The notes under the pieces are model-generated. The model did no database searches. It saw nothing but the letters and a program-made list of their open reading frames with translations, and had not been told where the DNA came from. This document shows, one piece after another, positions 11,358-21,422 of a DNA stretch of 64,000 bases. This DNA comes from Nitrosomonadales bacterium. Its GTDB lineage: Bacteria > Pseudomonadota > Gammaproteobacteria > Burkholderiales > Methylophilaceae. Position 1 is the stretch's first letter. Each line of letters begins with the position of its first letter. Position numbers and translations under genes: made by a program. The DNA lies in the NCBI GenBank assembly GCA_028344855.1, contig JAOMCC010000001.1:1595-65594 (forward strand). Direction: 5' to 3'.

Positions 11358-11594
11358 ATGTCAGATATCGAGCAAAGAGTTAGAAAAATTGTTTCAGAAC
11401 AGTTAGGAACTGATGAGGATCAAATAAAAAATGAATCATCTTTTATTGATGACTTAGGCGCAGACTCACTCGATACTGTTGAGCTTGTAATGGCTTTAGA
11501 AGAAGAATTCGATACAGAAATTCCTGATGAAGAAGCTGAAAAAATAACTACTGTGCAACAAGCAATAGATTATATAAATAAAAATCTTAAATAA
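11358..11594 (+). CDS. acpP: Acyl carrier protein
   Basis: [20 protein letters not shown]. Confidence 0.99.
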   Translation: MSDIEQRVRKIVSEQLGTDEDQIKNESSFIDDLGADSLDTVELVMALEEEFDTEIPDEEAEKITTVQQAIDYINKNLK

Positions 11595-11628
11595 CCATTA
11601 TTCCTAACCATTAGGCAGTTAGTTTTTC

Positions 11629-12861
11629 ATGACTAAAAGAAGGGTTGTAATTACAGGACTAGGCTTGGTGACACCAGTTGGTATAGGTGTTAAAGAGTCA
11701 TGGAATAATATCCTCAACGGTGTTTCTGGAATTACTAAAATCACTAAGTTTGATTCATCAAATTTCAAATCTCAAATTGCTGGTGAGGTTAAAAATTTCA
11801 ATCCAGATCTATATTTAAATCCAAAAGACTCCAGAAGAATGGATACTTTTATTCAATTTGGATTGGTAGCAGGTATAGAAGCAATTAAAGATTCTGGTCT
11901 TGAAATAAATGAAGAAAATTCAGAGAGAATTGGTGTTTCCATTGGGTCAGGTATTGGTGGAATTAATTTAATTGAAGAAACTAGTGATATTTTTGATGAA
12001 AGTGGCCCAAGAAAAATATCTCCTTTTTTTGTTCCAGGCACAATTATTAATATGATATCTGGAAATTTATCAATTATGTATGACCTTAAAGGACCGAATA
12101 TTTCAATTGTAACTGCCTGCACAACTGGAACTCATTCAATTGGAGACGCAAGCCGGATGATTGAATATGGCGATGCTGACGTAATGATTGCTGGGGGTTC
12201 AGAAGCTGCTATTACCGAACTTACTGTAGCTGGTTTTTCAGCTGCAAAAGCACTTACTCAACGAAATGATGATCCAAAAACGGCTTCTCGTCCTTGGGAT
12301 AAAGATCGTGATGGATTTGTTATTGGAGAAGGTGCTGGAGTTATGGTAATTGAAGAATACGAACATGCGAAAAAAAGAGGTGCAAAAATTTATTGTGAAC
12401 TAAATGGATATGGAATGAGTGCAGATGCTTACCATATAACTGCTCCCAGTGTTAGTGGTCCAAAAAGATCAATGATCAATGCGATTAATAATGCAGGTAT
12501 TAATTTAGATGAAATTGGTTACATTAATGCTCATGGAACATCGACTCAGCTTGGTGATTTAAATGAAGTTAATGCTATAAAACAAACATTTCACGAGCAT
12601 GCTAACAACTTAATTATTAATTCAACAAAATCAATGACAGGTCATTTATTGGGAGGGGCTGGAGGAATAGAATCCGTTTTTACTGCTTTAGCAATTTATA
12701 ATCAAATATCACCTCCAACAATAAATATTTTTAATCAAGATCCGGAATGTGATCTGGATTTTGCTGCAAATGAATCAAAGAAGATTCCAATAAAAGCTGC
12801 GTTAAAAAACAATTTTGGATTTGGCGGAACAAATGGGAGTATTGTTTTTAAAGCAATTTAA
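11629..12861 (+). CDS. fabF: 3-oxoacyl-ACP synthase II
   Basis: TACTTG, INAHGTST, KSMTGHLLG, FGFGGTN. Confidence 0.97.
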   Translation: MTKRRVVITGLGLVTPVGIGVKESWNNILNGVSGITKITKFDSSNFKSQIAGEVKNFNPDLYLNPKDSRRMDTFIQFGLVAGIEAIKDSGLEINEENSERIGVSIGSGIGGINLIEETSDIFDESGPRKISPFFVPGTIINMISGNLSIMYDLKGPNISIVTACTTGTHSIGDASRMIEYGDADVMIAGGSEAAITELTVAGFSAAKALTQRNDDPKTASRPWDKDRDGFVIGEGAGVMVIEEYEHAKKRGAKIYCELNGYGMSADAYHITAPSVSGPKRSMINAINNAGINLDEIGYINAHGTSTQLGDLNEVNAIKQTFHEHANNLIINSTKSMTGHLLGGAGGIESVFTALAIYNQISPPTINIFNQDPECDLDFAANESKKIPIKAALKNNFGFGGTNGSIVFKAI

Positions 12862-12874
12862 AAAAGTTAATAAG

Positions 12875-13693
12875 TTGAAAAAAAAATTTTTAATTAATGG
12901 TAGTTCTTCTAAGAATATTAATCCATTTGATCGGGGCTTAGCATTTGGTGATGGAATATTTAGAACTTTTTTAGTTAAAAATCGTTACCCAGTAAATTGG
13001 GATTTGCATTATAACAAGTTAAAAAATGATGCGAAAATTCTTCAAATAAAAATACCAACTAAAAAAATATTAATTAATGATATTAATAAATTATTTAGTA
13101 CAAAAAAAACTTATATTTGTAAAATAATTATTACACGCGGAGTCTCTAATCAAGGCTACCAATATAGAAAAGATATCAAAAGTACTCGAATTATATTAAA
13201 AATTACTCACAAAAAAATCGATAAAAAGTTTCTTTTGAATGGGGTAAGATTAAAAGTTTGTAAAACTAGAGTCACCGATAGTGAATTATTCTATGGTTCA
13301 AAGCATCTGAATAGAATTGATAATGTTTTAGCAAAATCTGAATTAAATACTTCTGAGTTTGATGGTTTAATGTTGGATAAAAATGGATTTATTAATGAAT
13401 GTGCTAGTAGTAATATCTTTGCGAGATATGGAAAAGTTATTGCGTCTCCCAATCAGATAAATGCAGGTGTTTCAGGCGTATGTAAGCAAATAGTTGTTGA
13501 TAATGTAAGTCGATTTGGGTTTGATTTTATAGAAAAAAATATTAAATTATCTCAATTAAAAAAAGCAGATGAGGTATTTATTACTAACTCCATTTTTGGT
13601 GCTTTGCATGTTAATCAAATTGAGGAAAAAAAATGGAAGGGAGAAACTTGTACGTCGATATTAAGAAATTTAATTATTAATTCTAAAACTTAA
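12875..13693 (+). CDS. pabC: 4-amino-4-deoxychorismate lyase (class IV aminotransferase fold)
   Basis: DRGLAFGDG.F.T, KHLNR, ADEVFITNS; fabF-pabC-mltG synteny; start moved to the in-frame TTG at 12875 to avoid overlap with fabF. Confidence 0.88.
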   Translation: MKKKFLINGSSSKNINPFDRGLAFGDGIFRTFLVKNRYPVNWDLHYNKLKNDAKILQIKIPTKKILINDINKLFSTKKTYICKIIITRGVSNQGYQYRKDIKSTRIILKITHKKIDKKFLLNGVRLKVCKTRVTDSELFYGSKHLNRIDNVLAKSELNTSEFDGLMLDKNGFINECASSNIFARYGKVIASPNQINAGVSGVCKQIVVDNVSRFGFDFIEKNIKLSQLKKADEVFITNSIFGALHVNQIEEKKWKGETCTSILRNLIINSKT

Positions 13694-14698
13694 ATGAATC
13701 CTATATTTATAAAGACATTATCCACCATTAAAAATAGAAAAATTCTAATTATTAATTTTTTATTTATTTTTTGGTTGATAAGTTATTTATTTTTACCTTT
13801 AAATATCACCGAAGACAATGCAAGTTTTGAAGTTGTTGATGGAAGTAATTTAAATGAAATCACTGAGCAGTTAGTAGAAGTTAATATTTTAAAAGATTCA
13901 TTTCGATTTAAGTTATTAACTACCATCTTCGCAAAAACAGAAAGTTTAAAAAGAGGTCATTATAAATTAAAATCTAACGCAACAGCATTAGACCTTCTTG
14001 ATATGCTTGTATATGGAAAAGAATCTTTTTACTCAATTAGCTTTCCAGAAGGCCTAACTTTCGATCAAATCATTAAAAAAATTAAAAATAATAAAAACAT
14101 AAAAAAAACGTTAAAATCTTATGATGAAGAAACTATTTTGAAAGCTATTTCATCAAATCATAAATATGTGGAAGGATTATTTTTTCCAGATAGTTATTAT
14201 TTCTATAAAAATACTACTGATTTAGAGATATTAAAAAATGCAAATAATGTTCTTAAACGAAAGCTTGAGCTTGCTTGGGAAAATCGTTCAAATGATTTAC
14301 CTTATAAAAATATGTATGAGGCTCTTATAATGGCATCAATAATAGAAAAGGAAGTTGGTATTCTTGAGGAAGCACCAGTTATTGCAGGAGTTTTTGTTAA
14401 TCGACTAAATATAAATATGCCACTTCAAAGTGATCCCACAGTTATTTATGGTATTCGACATAAATTTAAGGGTAACCTTAAGAAAAAACATTTAAAAAAA
14501 TATACTCCATTTAATACGTATGCCATCAAGGCACTACCTCCATCGCCAATATCACTTCCTAGTTTAAATTCAATTGAAGCCGCTTTAAATCCAGCTACAA
14601 CCAATGCTTTATACTTTGTAGCCAAAGGGAACAGAAGACATCATTTTTCAGCTACACTTAAAGAACATAATAGAGCAGTTAGGAAATATCAAAAGTGA
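13694..14698 (+). CDS. mltG: Endolytic transglycosylase MltG
   Basis: EGLFFPDSY, ASIIEKE, LQSDPTV.YG, LYFVA. Confidence 0.95.
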   Translation: MNPIFIKTLSTIKNRKILIINFLFIFWLISYLFLPLNITEDNASFEVVDGSNLNEITEQLVEVNILKDSFRFKLLTTIFAKTESLKRGHYKLKSNATALDLLDMLVYGKESFYSISFPEGLTFDQIIKKIKNNKNIKKTLKSYDEETILKAISSNHKYVEGLFFPDSYYFYKNTTDLEILKNANNVLKRKLELAWENRSNDLPYKNMYEALIMASIIEKEVGILEEAPVIAGVFVNRLNINMPLQSDPTVIYGIRHKFKGNLKKKHLKKYTPFNTYAIKALPPSPISLPSLNSIEAALNPATTNALYFVAKGNRRHHFSATLKEHNRAVRKYQK

Positions 14699-15312
14699 GC
14701 ATGAAACCAAAATTCATTACTTTAGAAGGAGTTGATGGTGCAGGTAAAAGCACCCATATTCAATTTATAAAAAAATATTTTATAGAAAAAGATTTGAATT
14801 ATGTTTTTACTAGAGAACCCGGAGGAACAATTTTAGGTGAAAAATTAAGAGAAATCTTACTTTATAATCAAATGGAACCTGAAACAGAATCACTCTTGAT
14901 GTTTGCAGCTAGAAATGAACATGTACATGAAATTATTGAGCCAAATCTTAATAAAGGTATAAATGTTATTAGTGATAGATTTACAGATGCTACTTATGCT
15001 TATCAAAGTGGAGGAAAAAATGTAGAGATTGATAAAATAACAGTATTGAAAGATTGGGTTCATAAAAATTTACAACCAGATTTAACATTTCTTTTTGATC
15101 TTCCGGTTGAGATTAGTATTTCTAGGCTTAAAACTAATGGTAATTTGGATAAATTTGAAAATGAAGGATTATCTTTTCATAAAAAAATAAGAAATTCTTA
15201 TCTAAATCTAGCGAAAAAAGAGCCTAATAGATTTAAGGTAATTGATAGCAGCCAGAATATAAATAAAGTTCAGGATGAAATAAATTTAATATTAGATAAA
15301 GTTTTTTTATGA
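14695..15312 (+). CDS. tmk: Thymidylate kinase
   Basis: EGVDGAGKST, TREPGGT, DRF.DAT.AYQ. Confidence 0.97.
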   Translation: MSMKPKFITLEGVDGAGKSTHIQFIKKYFIEKDLNYVFTREPGGTILGEKLREILLYNQMEPETESLLMFAARNEHVHEIIEPNLNKGINVISDRFTDATYAYQSGGKNVEIDKITVLKDWVHKNLQPDLTFLFDLPVEISISRLKTNGNLDKFENEGLSFHKKIRNSYLNLAKKEPNRFKVIDSSQNINKVQDEINLILDKVFL

Positions 15313-16271
15313 ATATATATCCTTGGCAATTGAGCACTTGGAACGAAATATTTCTAAATAAAGTAAAAATGCCACATGCTCAGATATTTTATGGGTATAA
15401 GACTCAAGAAATAAATAAATTTGTGAATGAGTTATCGAAATCCTTATTATGCTCTAATCCTGATGATCAAAATTTTTCATGTGGGAAATGTCAAAATTGT
15501 CTATGGGGCAAAACTAATCACCCTGATCTAAAAATAGTTGATAGCGATCTTGAGAATGACAATAATTCAAATTTAATTAATATATCAAGTGCAAGAGATA
15601 CTAAAAAATTCTTAGAATTAACTTCACATCAAAAAAATGGAAAGAAAATTGTAGTTATATTTGATGCTGAACGATTAACAGTAGGGGCTTCAAATGCACT
15701 TTTAAAAACCATTGAAGAACCCCCAGATAATTGTTTAATTTTCTTTACGGTAAAAGATATAGCTGATTTGCTTCCAACTATTACTAGTAGATGTAGGTTA
15801 ATTTCTTTATCTAAACCAAGTATTAATGAAGCAAAAAATTTTTTAGTAAAAACAGATAATGATGATTTAATAGACTACTTGGAACTTTTTAATAATTCTC
15901 CAATTGAACTAATAAATGAAAAAGAGTCTATTTCTCAAATACACAATGTTTTAGATGAATTAAAAAAAGGCGAAAAAATAGACTTGATTAATATTAATAA
16001 GTCATGGTTGGATAATGGTTTAGTTTGGATAATTAATTTACTTCAAAAATGGTCTTATGAAGTGCTATTAAATAAGATATCACAGGGACATAATTATTTT
16101 CCAAAAGAAAAAAATATAATTCATCAATTAGCTTTAAATGCAGACCTAGGAAAATTGTTAAGTTATCAAAAAACCTTAAATGAAATAAAAATGTATGCGC
16201 AAAAACAAGTTAACAAAGAAATAAATCTAAATTCAGTTATGATTGAATATAAAAAAATTTTTGTAGAATAA
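15309..16271 (+). CDS. holB: DNA polymerase III delta' subunit
   Basis: C..C..C zinc site, HPDL, NALLKT.EEPP, TI.SRC; follows tmk. Confidence 0.93.
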   Translation: MNIYPWQLSTWNEIFLNKVKMPHAQIFYGYKTQEINKFVNELSKSLLCSNPDDQNFSCGKCQNCLWGKTNHPDLKIVDSDLENDNNSNLINISSARDTKKFLELTSHQKNGKKIVVIFDAERLTVGASNALLKTIEEPPDNCLIFFTVKDIADLLPTITSRCRLISLSKPSINEAKNFLVKTDNDDLIDYLELFNNSPIELINEKESISQIHNVLDELKKGEKIDLININKSWLDNGLVWIINLLQKWSYEVLLNKISQGHNYFPKEKNIIHQLALNADLGKLLSYQKTLNEIKMYAQKQVNKEINLNSVMIEYKKIFVE

Positions 16272-16277
16272 ATTATT

Positions 16278-17051
16278 ATGTATATTGATTCACATTGCCA
16301 TATAAACTTTCCTGAACTTCATGAGAAAATTCACAATGTCTTAGGTAATATGAAGGAAAATAAAATTTCTCATGCCTTGTGCGTTAGCGTTACTTTAGAT
16401 AAGATTGAAGAAATTTTGAAACTTACTAAACAGCATTCAAATATTTATGCCTCTGTTGGTGTTCATCCTGATTACGAAGATATTACTGAGCCAGATATTG
16501 ATATTTTATATAAATATTCACAAGATAAAAAAGTAGTTGCTATCGGAGAAACTGGACTAGATTACTTCAGACTAAAAGGAGACTTAAGCTGGCAGAGAGA
16601 AAGATTTAGAACTCATGTTCGTGCTGCTATTAAATCTAAGCTTCCTCTAATTATTCATACAAGAAATGCTCGTGAAGATACTATAAAGATTATGAAAGAC
16701 GAGGATGCAAAATCTGCAACAGGAGTTATGCATTGCTTTACAGAGTCCTATGAGATGGCTAAAAAGGCTATCGATCTTGGTTTTTATATCTCTTTTTCAG
16801 GGATTATTACTTTTAAAAATGCAGATGACTTAAGAGAAACAGTTAAAAAAATTCCAATTGAAAATATTTTAATAGAAACCGATTCTCCATATTTAGCTCC
16901 AGTGCCAAAAAGAGGAAAGTTAAATGAACCATCAAATGTAATTTATGTTGCGGAAAAAATTGCTGAATTAAAAAATATTCCTGTTGAAAAAGTTGCTGAA
17001 ATTACTACCAACAATTTTTTCAACCTTTTCAATAAATGCAAAATAGTTTAA
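16278..17051 (+). CDS. TatD-family hydrolase (YcfH-like)
   Basis: DSHCH, GVHP, IGETGLDY, ETDSPYLAP. Confidence 0.95.
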   Translation: MYIDSHCHINFPELHEKIHNVLGNMKENKISHALCVSVTLDKIEEILKLTKQHSNIYASVGVHPDYEDITEPDIDILYKYSQDKKVVAIGETGLDYFRLKGDLSWQRERFRTHVRAAIKSKLPLIIHTRNAREDTIKIMKDEDAKSATGVMHCFTESYEMAKKAIDLGFYISFSGIITFKNADDLRETVKKIPIENILIETDSPYLAPVPKRGKLNEPSNVIYVAEKIAELKNIPVEKVAEITTNNFFNLFNKCKIV

Positions 17052-17806
17052 CTATACTAGGTGCTGGTTCAAGCGCTGGCACCCCAGTTGTTGGATGTAA
17101 ATGCTCAACTTGCTTATCAGATAACCCAAAAAATAAAAGAACTAGATGCTCTAGTATAGTTACTTTAAAAAATGGTAAGAATATCCTTATTGATACTAGC
17201 CCAGATTTAAGAGAGCAATCACTGCGAGAATCAATTGTTTCTGTGGACGCAGTTCTTTTTACTCACGCGCATGCGGATCACTGCCACGGAATTGATGATT
17301 TAAGAGCTTTTTGCCAGATAAATCAAATACAGATTCCATTATATAGTAATAAATTTGTTATGAATCAATTAGTGGAAAAATTTAAATACGCTATGATTGA
17401 ACCAAAAAATTTTTGGGAAATGCCTGTACTCAAACCAAATATTGTTAACGGCCCTTTTGAACTTTTTGAAGAAACAATTACCCCAATACCTGTTATGCAT
17501 GGTAAAAGTCTAATTAATGGTTATCGTATTGGAAATCTTGCTTATATAACGGATACTTCAGAAATATCTGAAAATTCAATGAAACTTTTAGATGGTATTG
17601 ATGTTCTATTGATAGATTGTTTAAGAATGGAGCCACATTTTACTCATCTTTCTTTGCCTGAAAGTATTAATATTGCAAAAAAGATTAAGGCAAATAAAAC
17701 TTATCTTATTCATATGACCCATAGTTTAGAATATGAGGCATTAAAAAATATATTGCCAGAGGGTATTTATGTTGGCTATGATGGTTTAAAATTGTCCACT
17801 AATTAG
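17036..17806 (+). CDS. Metallo-beta-lactamase-fold hydrolase (PhnP-like)
   Basis: G.P..GC.C..C, THAHADHCHG, YITD. Confidence 0.92.
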   Translation: MQNSLTILGAGSSAGTPVVGCKCSTCLSDNPKNKRTRCSSIVTLKNGKNILIDTSPDLREQSLRESIVSVDAVLFTHAHADHCHGIDDLRAFCQINQIQIPLYSNKFVMNQLVEKFKYAMIEPKNFWEMPVLKPNIVNGPFELFEETITPIPVMHGKSLINGYRIGNLAYITDTSEISENSMKLLDGIDVLLIDCLRMEPHFTHLSLPESINIAKKIKANKTYLIHMTHSLEYEALKNILPEGIYVGYDGLKLSTN

Positions 17807-17822
17807 ATTATAGGAATTTACT

Positions 17823-18194
17823 ATGAAAAGTATATTTAGATTTATTATTGCTATTACAATTTTATTGGGGTTCGCAATCAATTCTATTGCTGATCAAAAA
17901 CGAGTATTTTCAGAAGACGAGTTTTTAGCTCTTTTTAATGGTAAGCCAAAATCTAGAGTGCTTAAGTATTTAGGTGAGCCTGATACCAAAGATATAGCTA
18001 TTAAGCCAAAAGGAGCAGATAGTATAGTGGGTTCTAAAATAAGAATGGAAAAAAATTCAAAAAAGAAAAAAGATAAAATAGAAATGTGGTATTACAAAAA
18101 TGTTGTTGAATACGCTCCAAAAAAAACATATCTTAAAGTGGAGCTAACATTAATTAATGATCGAATTGTCAACGTAGGTTTTTTCAATCAATAA
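17823..18194 (+). CDS. Exported hypothetical protein (weak SmpA/BamE-like V...LG.P...W.Y pattern)
   Basis: Signal peptide, AGGA RBS, terminator downstream. Confidence 0.7.
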   Translation: MKSIFRFIIAITILLGFAINSIADQKRVFSEDEFLALFNGKPKSRVLKYLGEPDTKDIAIKPKGADSIVGSKIRMEKNSKKKKDKIEMWYYKNVVEYAPKKTYLKVELTLINDRIVNVGFFNQ

Positions 18195-18227
18195 AAAACC
18201 ACCCTTTGATTAAAAGAGTGGTTTTTA
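18193..18227. terminator. Bidirectional intrinsic terminator
   Basis: AAAAACCAC...GTGGTTTTT hairpin between convergent genes. Confidence 0.75.
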
Positions 18228-18253
18228 GATAATTTACTTAATTTAGTACTTTG

Positions 18254-18724
18254 TTAACCTAACATGCCAGCTACTTTTTCTGAAGCTAGTCCAGCGACTG
18301 AACCAAGAACAAAAGAAACAGACATCATAATTACAGGATTTGAGAAGTCAGTTGCAAGAACTTCCATATTGCTTGCTAAAAGCATAAATCCAAATGTAGC
18401 TGCGTAACCGAATACGTTAGCAGGAATATTAGGACATTTTGGAAGAGCAGTTAAACCCCACACTGTTATACCTACTGCTACTGGCCAAGCGAGATCTCCA
18501 ATAACTCCAAGATAACCATGTAAAATAACTGCGATTGCAGCTAATACTGAACCATAAATTGTTGCAGTTATAGTTTTTGGTAAAGCATCTTTACCCACTG
18601 TAAAGTATGCGCCCCAGGCAATAAAACCACCCCAAACCTGAACATAATCACCTAATACAAATAGTGCTATGTAGGTCCAGACTAACGCGCAGATACCTAA
18701 ACTTACTCCTAAAGCGTTTTTCAT
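18254..18724 (-). CDS. DUF1097-family membrane protein
   Basis: Hydrophobic throughout; W.GFIAWGAYF and IPANVFGYAATF patterns; AGGAGG RBS. Confidence 0.8.
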   Translation of the reverse strand: MKNALGVSLGICALVWTYIALFVLGDYVQVWGGFIAWGAYFTVGKDALPKTITATIYGSVLAAIAVILHGYLGVIGDLAWPVAVGITVWGLTALPKCPNIPANVFGYAATFGFMLLASNMEVLATDFSNPVIMMSVSFVLGSVAGLASEKVAGMLG

Positions 18725-18986
18725 TTTACTTCCTCCTGTTTAAGTTTAATTAACATTTAATTATCAATTAAAAATTTAATTAGCACTTAATCGAAAATTA
18801 AATGAATTTCTAATATAACTATAAATTGCAAATCATGCACTCACGTCTGAGCTGCAAAAAGAGCATTTCTACACAATGACCTACGAAGATTTTACTGTCA
18901 ACCTTTTTTTCGTTTTTCTTTAACTTGTAATTTTTAACAAAACATACTAATGTGGTAAAAATTACTCATTTATATTAGGAGTCTAG

Positions 18987-21119
18987 ATGATGGATGATAT
19001 TTCTTCAAAAAAAGTCGAAAAATTTCATGGAGGGTGTCCTCATGATTGCCCTGATACATGCTCTATGGTTTATGAAGTAGAAGATGGAAAGCTAAAAGGA
19101 GTTTCAGGGAACAAAGACCATCCTATGACTAAAGGTGGGCTTTGTGTAAAACTGAAAGACTATGAAAAAAGACATTATCATCCAGATAGATTACTATACC
19201 CAATGAAGCGTATTGGTCCTAAAGGTGAGAAAAAGTTTGAGAGAATTTCATGGGACGAAGCATTAGATACGATTGTAGATAAATGGCAAAAAATTATTAA
19301 AGAAGATGGGCCTGAGGCCATAATGCCAAATAGTTACTTAGGTAACCAAGGTTTAGTTCATGGACTCAATGGTGGTGATTCCTTTTTTGCTCGCTTGGGA
19401 GCAACAGTTACCGAAAGAACGTTTTGCGGAGAAGGCTCGGCTACAGCCTGGTTATTAACACTAGGGCCTACGGCAGGAGTAGATCCAGAAAGCTTTATAC
19501 ATTCTAAATACATTATCATATGGGCTTGTAATTCAGTTAGTACAAACCTTCACCATTGGCATATTATTAAAGATGCTCAAAAAAATGGTTCCAAAGTAGT
19601 AGTTATAGATTCATATGCCTCAAAAACGGCAAAGGAGGCTGATTGGCATATTGCTCCAAAACCTGGCACAGACGGTGCTCTTGCAATGGCAATGATGAAT
19701 GTAATTATTGAAGAAGGTTTAATTGATCAAGATTATGTTGATCAGTATACAGTTGGCTATCCAGAATTAGCTGAAAGAGCTAAGGAAAGAACAGCTGAAT
19801 GGGCCGCAGAAATTACAGGCATATCCGTTGATGATATTCGAAAATTATCAAGGGAATATGCAACCACTCAACCAGCTGCAATTAGAATTGGAGTTGCTCT
19901 TGAAAAAAGCTGGGGTGGAAGTCAAACAATTAGAGCTGTTGCATCACTTCCTGCACTTACAGGTGCATGGAGGCATGTAGGTGGAGGTATACTCCAATTC
20001 CCAGTATGGGAGCATCCCTATAAATTTAATGTTATTTGTAGGCCTGACTTAATTCCAAAAGGAACTCAAGTTGTTAATAATTTGCAATTGGGTAGGGTGC
20101 TTACTGGTGAACAAAAACTTAAAGTGCCAATTAAATCAATGATGTGTTGGAATACAAATCCAGTTACTCAGTCAACGGAAACAGATAAGATAATAAAAGG
20201 TTTAAAACGAGAGGATTTATTCCTTGTATCTGCTGAACACTTTATTTCTGATACTGCAGCTTATGCAGATATTTTACTTCCTGCTTCAATGGGAGCTGAA
20301 TTGGAAGATATGATATTGTCATGGGGACATCTATACCTTACATATAATACAAAATGTGTGGAGTCACCTGGTGAAGCAATTCCTAATAATGAAATTTTTA
20401 GAAGACTAGCTAAACGTTTGGGGTTTGAAGAAGATAATTTTAAATGGAATGATACCGAATGCCTTGAAAACTATGTTGATTGGGATTCACCAGCATGTGA
20501 GGGTATTGACCTAAACTATATGAAAAAACATGGTTATGCTAGGCTTAATGTAGGAACCAAAGATAATCGTGCTCCTCACAAAGAAGGTAATTTTCCAACA
20601 CCATCAGGAAAATGTGAATTTAGGCTGGTTGGTGCTAAGAATTTTGTAGCTGGGCCATTTAGACAAATGTATGATGACTTTCAGCCTGGAGAAGATATTC
20701 CTGAATTACCTGATTATATTCCTTCAAGAGAGACAGAACTAGCTAGTCCAGAACTATTCAAAAAATTTCCATTAAATATTCTTGCGCCGAAAAGTCATGG
20801 CTTTATAAATTCATGTTATGCAAATATGGATAATAAGCTCAAGGGGCAGGGTGAGCAGTTTGTTCTTATAAGCCAATCTGATGCAATGGATCGAGGTATA
20901 AAAGAAGGTGAAATGGTAAAAGTATTTAATGACAGGGGTGCATTTGATGCTTTAGCTAAAATCTCCTCAGATGTAAATTCTGGTATTGTTGTTGCGACCC
21001 TTGGGTATTGGAGGCAGCTTAATAATGGTACCGTGAACTCAGTAAGTTCTAATGCCTTTGGAGATATGGGTAATGCACAAACTTCTCATGATTGCTTAGT
21101 CGAGGTTGTAGCTATTTGA
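18987..21119 (+). CDS. Molybdopterin (bis-MGD) oxidoreductase, uncharacterised single-subunit family
   Basis: N-terminal CPHDCPDTC...LC.K 4Fe-4S motif, DRLLYP.KR, C-terminal molybdopterin dinucleotide-binding domain. Confidence 0.9.
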   Translation: MMDDISSKKVEKFHGGCPHDCPDTCSMVYEVEDGKLKGVSGNKDHPMTKGGLCVKLKDYEKRHYHPDRLLYPMKRIGPKGEKKFERISWDEALDTIVDKWQKIIKEDGPEAIMPNSYLGNQGLVHGLNGGDSFFARLGATVTERTFCGEGSATAWLLTLGPTAGVDPESFIHSKYIIIWACNSVSTNLHHWHIIKDAQKNGSKVVVIDSYASKTAKEADWHIAPKPGTDGALAMAMMNVIIEEGLIDQDYVDQYTVGYPELAERAKERTAEWAAEITGISVDDIRKLSREYATTQPAAIRIGVALEKSWGGSQTIRAVASLPALTGAWRHVGGGILQFPVWEHPYKFNVICRPDLIPKGTQVVNNLQLGRVLTGEQKLKVPIKSMMCWNTNPVTQSTETDKIIKGLKREDLFLVSAEHFISDTAAYADILLPASMGAELEDMILSWGHLYLTYNTKCVESPGEAIPNNEIFRRLAKRLGFEEDNFKWNDTECLENYVDWDSPACEGIDLNYMKKHGYARLNVGTKDNRAPHKEGNFPTPSGKCEFRLVGAKNFVAGPFRQMYDDFQPGEDIPELPDYIPSRETELASPELFKKFPLNILAPKSHGFINSCYANMDNKLKGQGEQFVLISQSDAMDRGIKEGEMVKVFNDRGAFDALAKISSDVNSGIVVATLGYWRQLNNGTVNSVSSNAFGDMGNAQTSHDCLVEVVAI

Positions 21120-21340
21120 ATAATTTAGATGAAATAACAATCACGTGCACCGACAATGGAAAATCTGTCGTTGGTTATATTTTAGATCTGCGCCCTAAAG
21201 ATTATTTAGAAGTATCTTTAAATACAGTTAAAGTATACCTTCAATATAAGAATGGTATTTATGTTGGTTCAATGTCTGGTATGGAATTTACTGTTGCGGA
21301 AGAAAGCCTTCCTAAAGAGCATCAGGAATATCAAAGATAA
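21116..21340 (+). CDS. Small hypothetical protein
   Basis: ORF overlapping the oxidoreductase stop; in-frame TTG at 21116 preferred over the track start 21092. Confidence 0.65.
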   Translation: MNNLDEITITCTDNGKSVVGYILDLRPKDYLEVSLNTVKVYLQYKNGIYVGSMSGMEFTVAEESLPKEHQEYQR

Positions 21341-21346
21341 ACATAA

Positions 21347-21422
21347 TGGTAGGGGATGCGAGGTTCGAACTCGCGACAAATTGATTAAGAGTCAACTGCT
21401 CTACCAACTGAGCTAATCCCCC
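21347..21422 (-). tRNA. tRNA-Lys (anticodon CTT)
   Basis: Reverse complement GGGGGATTAGCTCAGTTGGTAGAGCAGTTGACTCTTAATCAA...GTTCGAAC...TCCCCTACCA, 76-nt cloverleaf with encoded CCA. Confidence 0.97.

Noticed and set aside
17823-21346. Island integrated at the 3' end of tRNA-Lys
   Set aside because: No duplicated tRNA-Lys 3' fragment or mobility gene found on that side.
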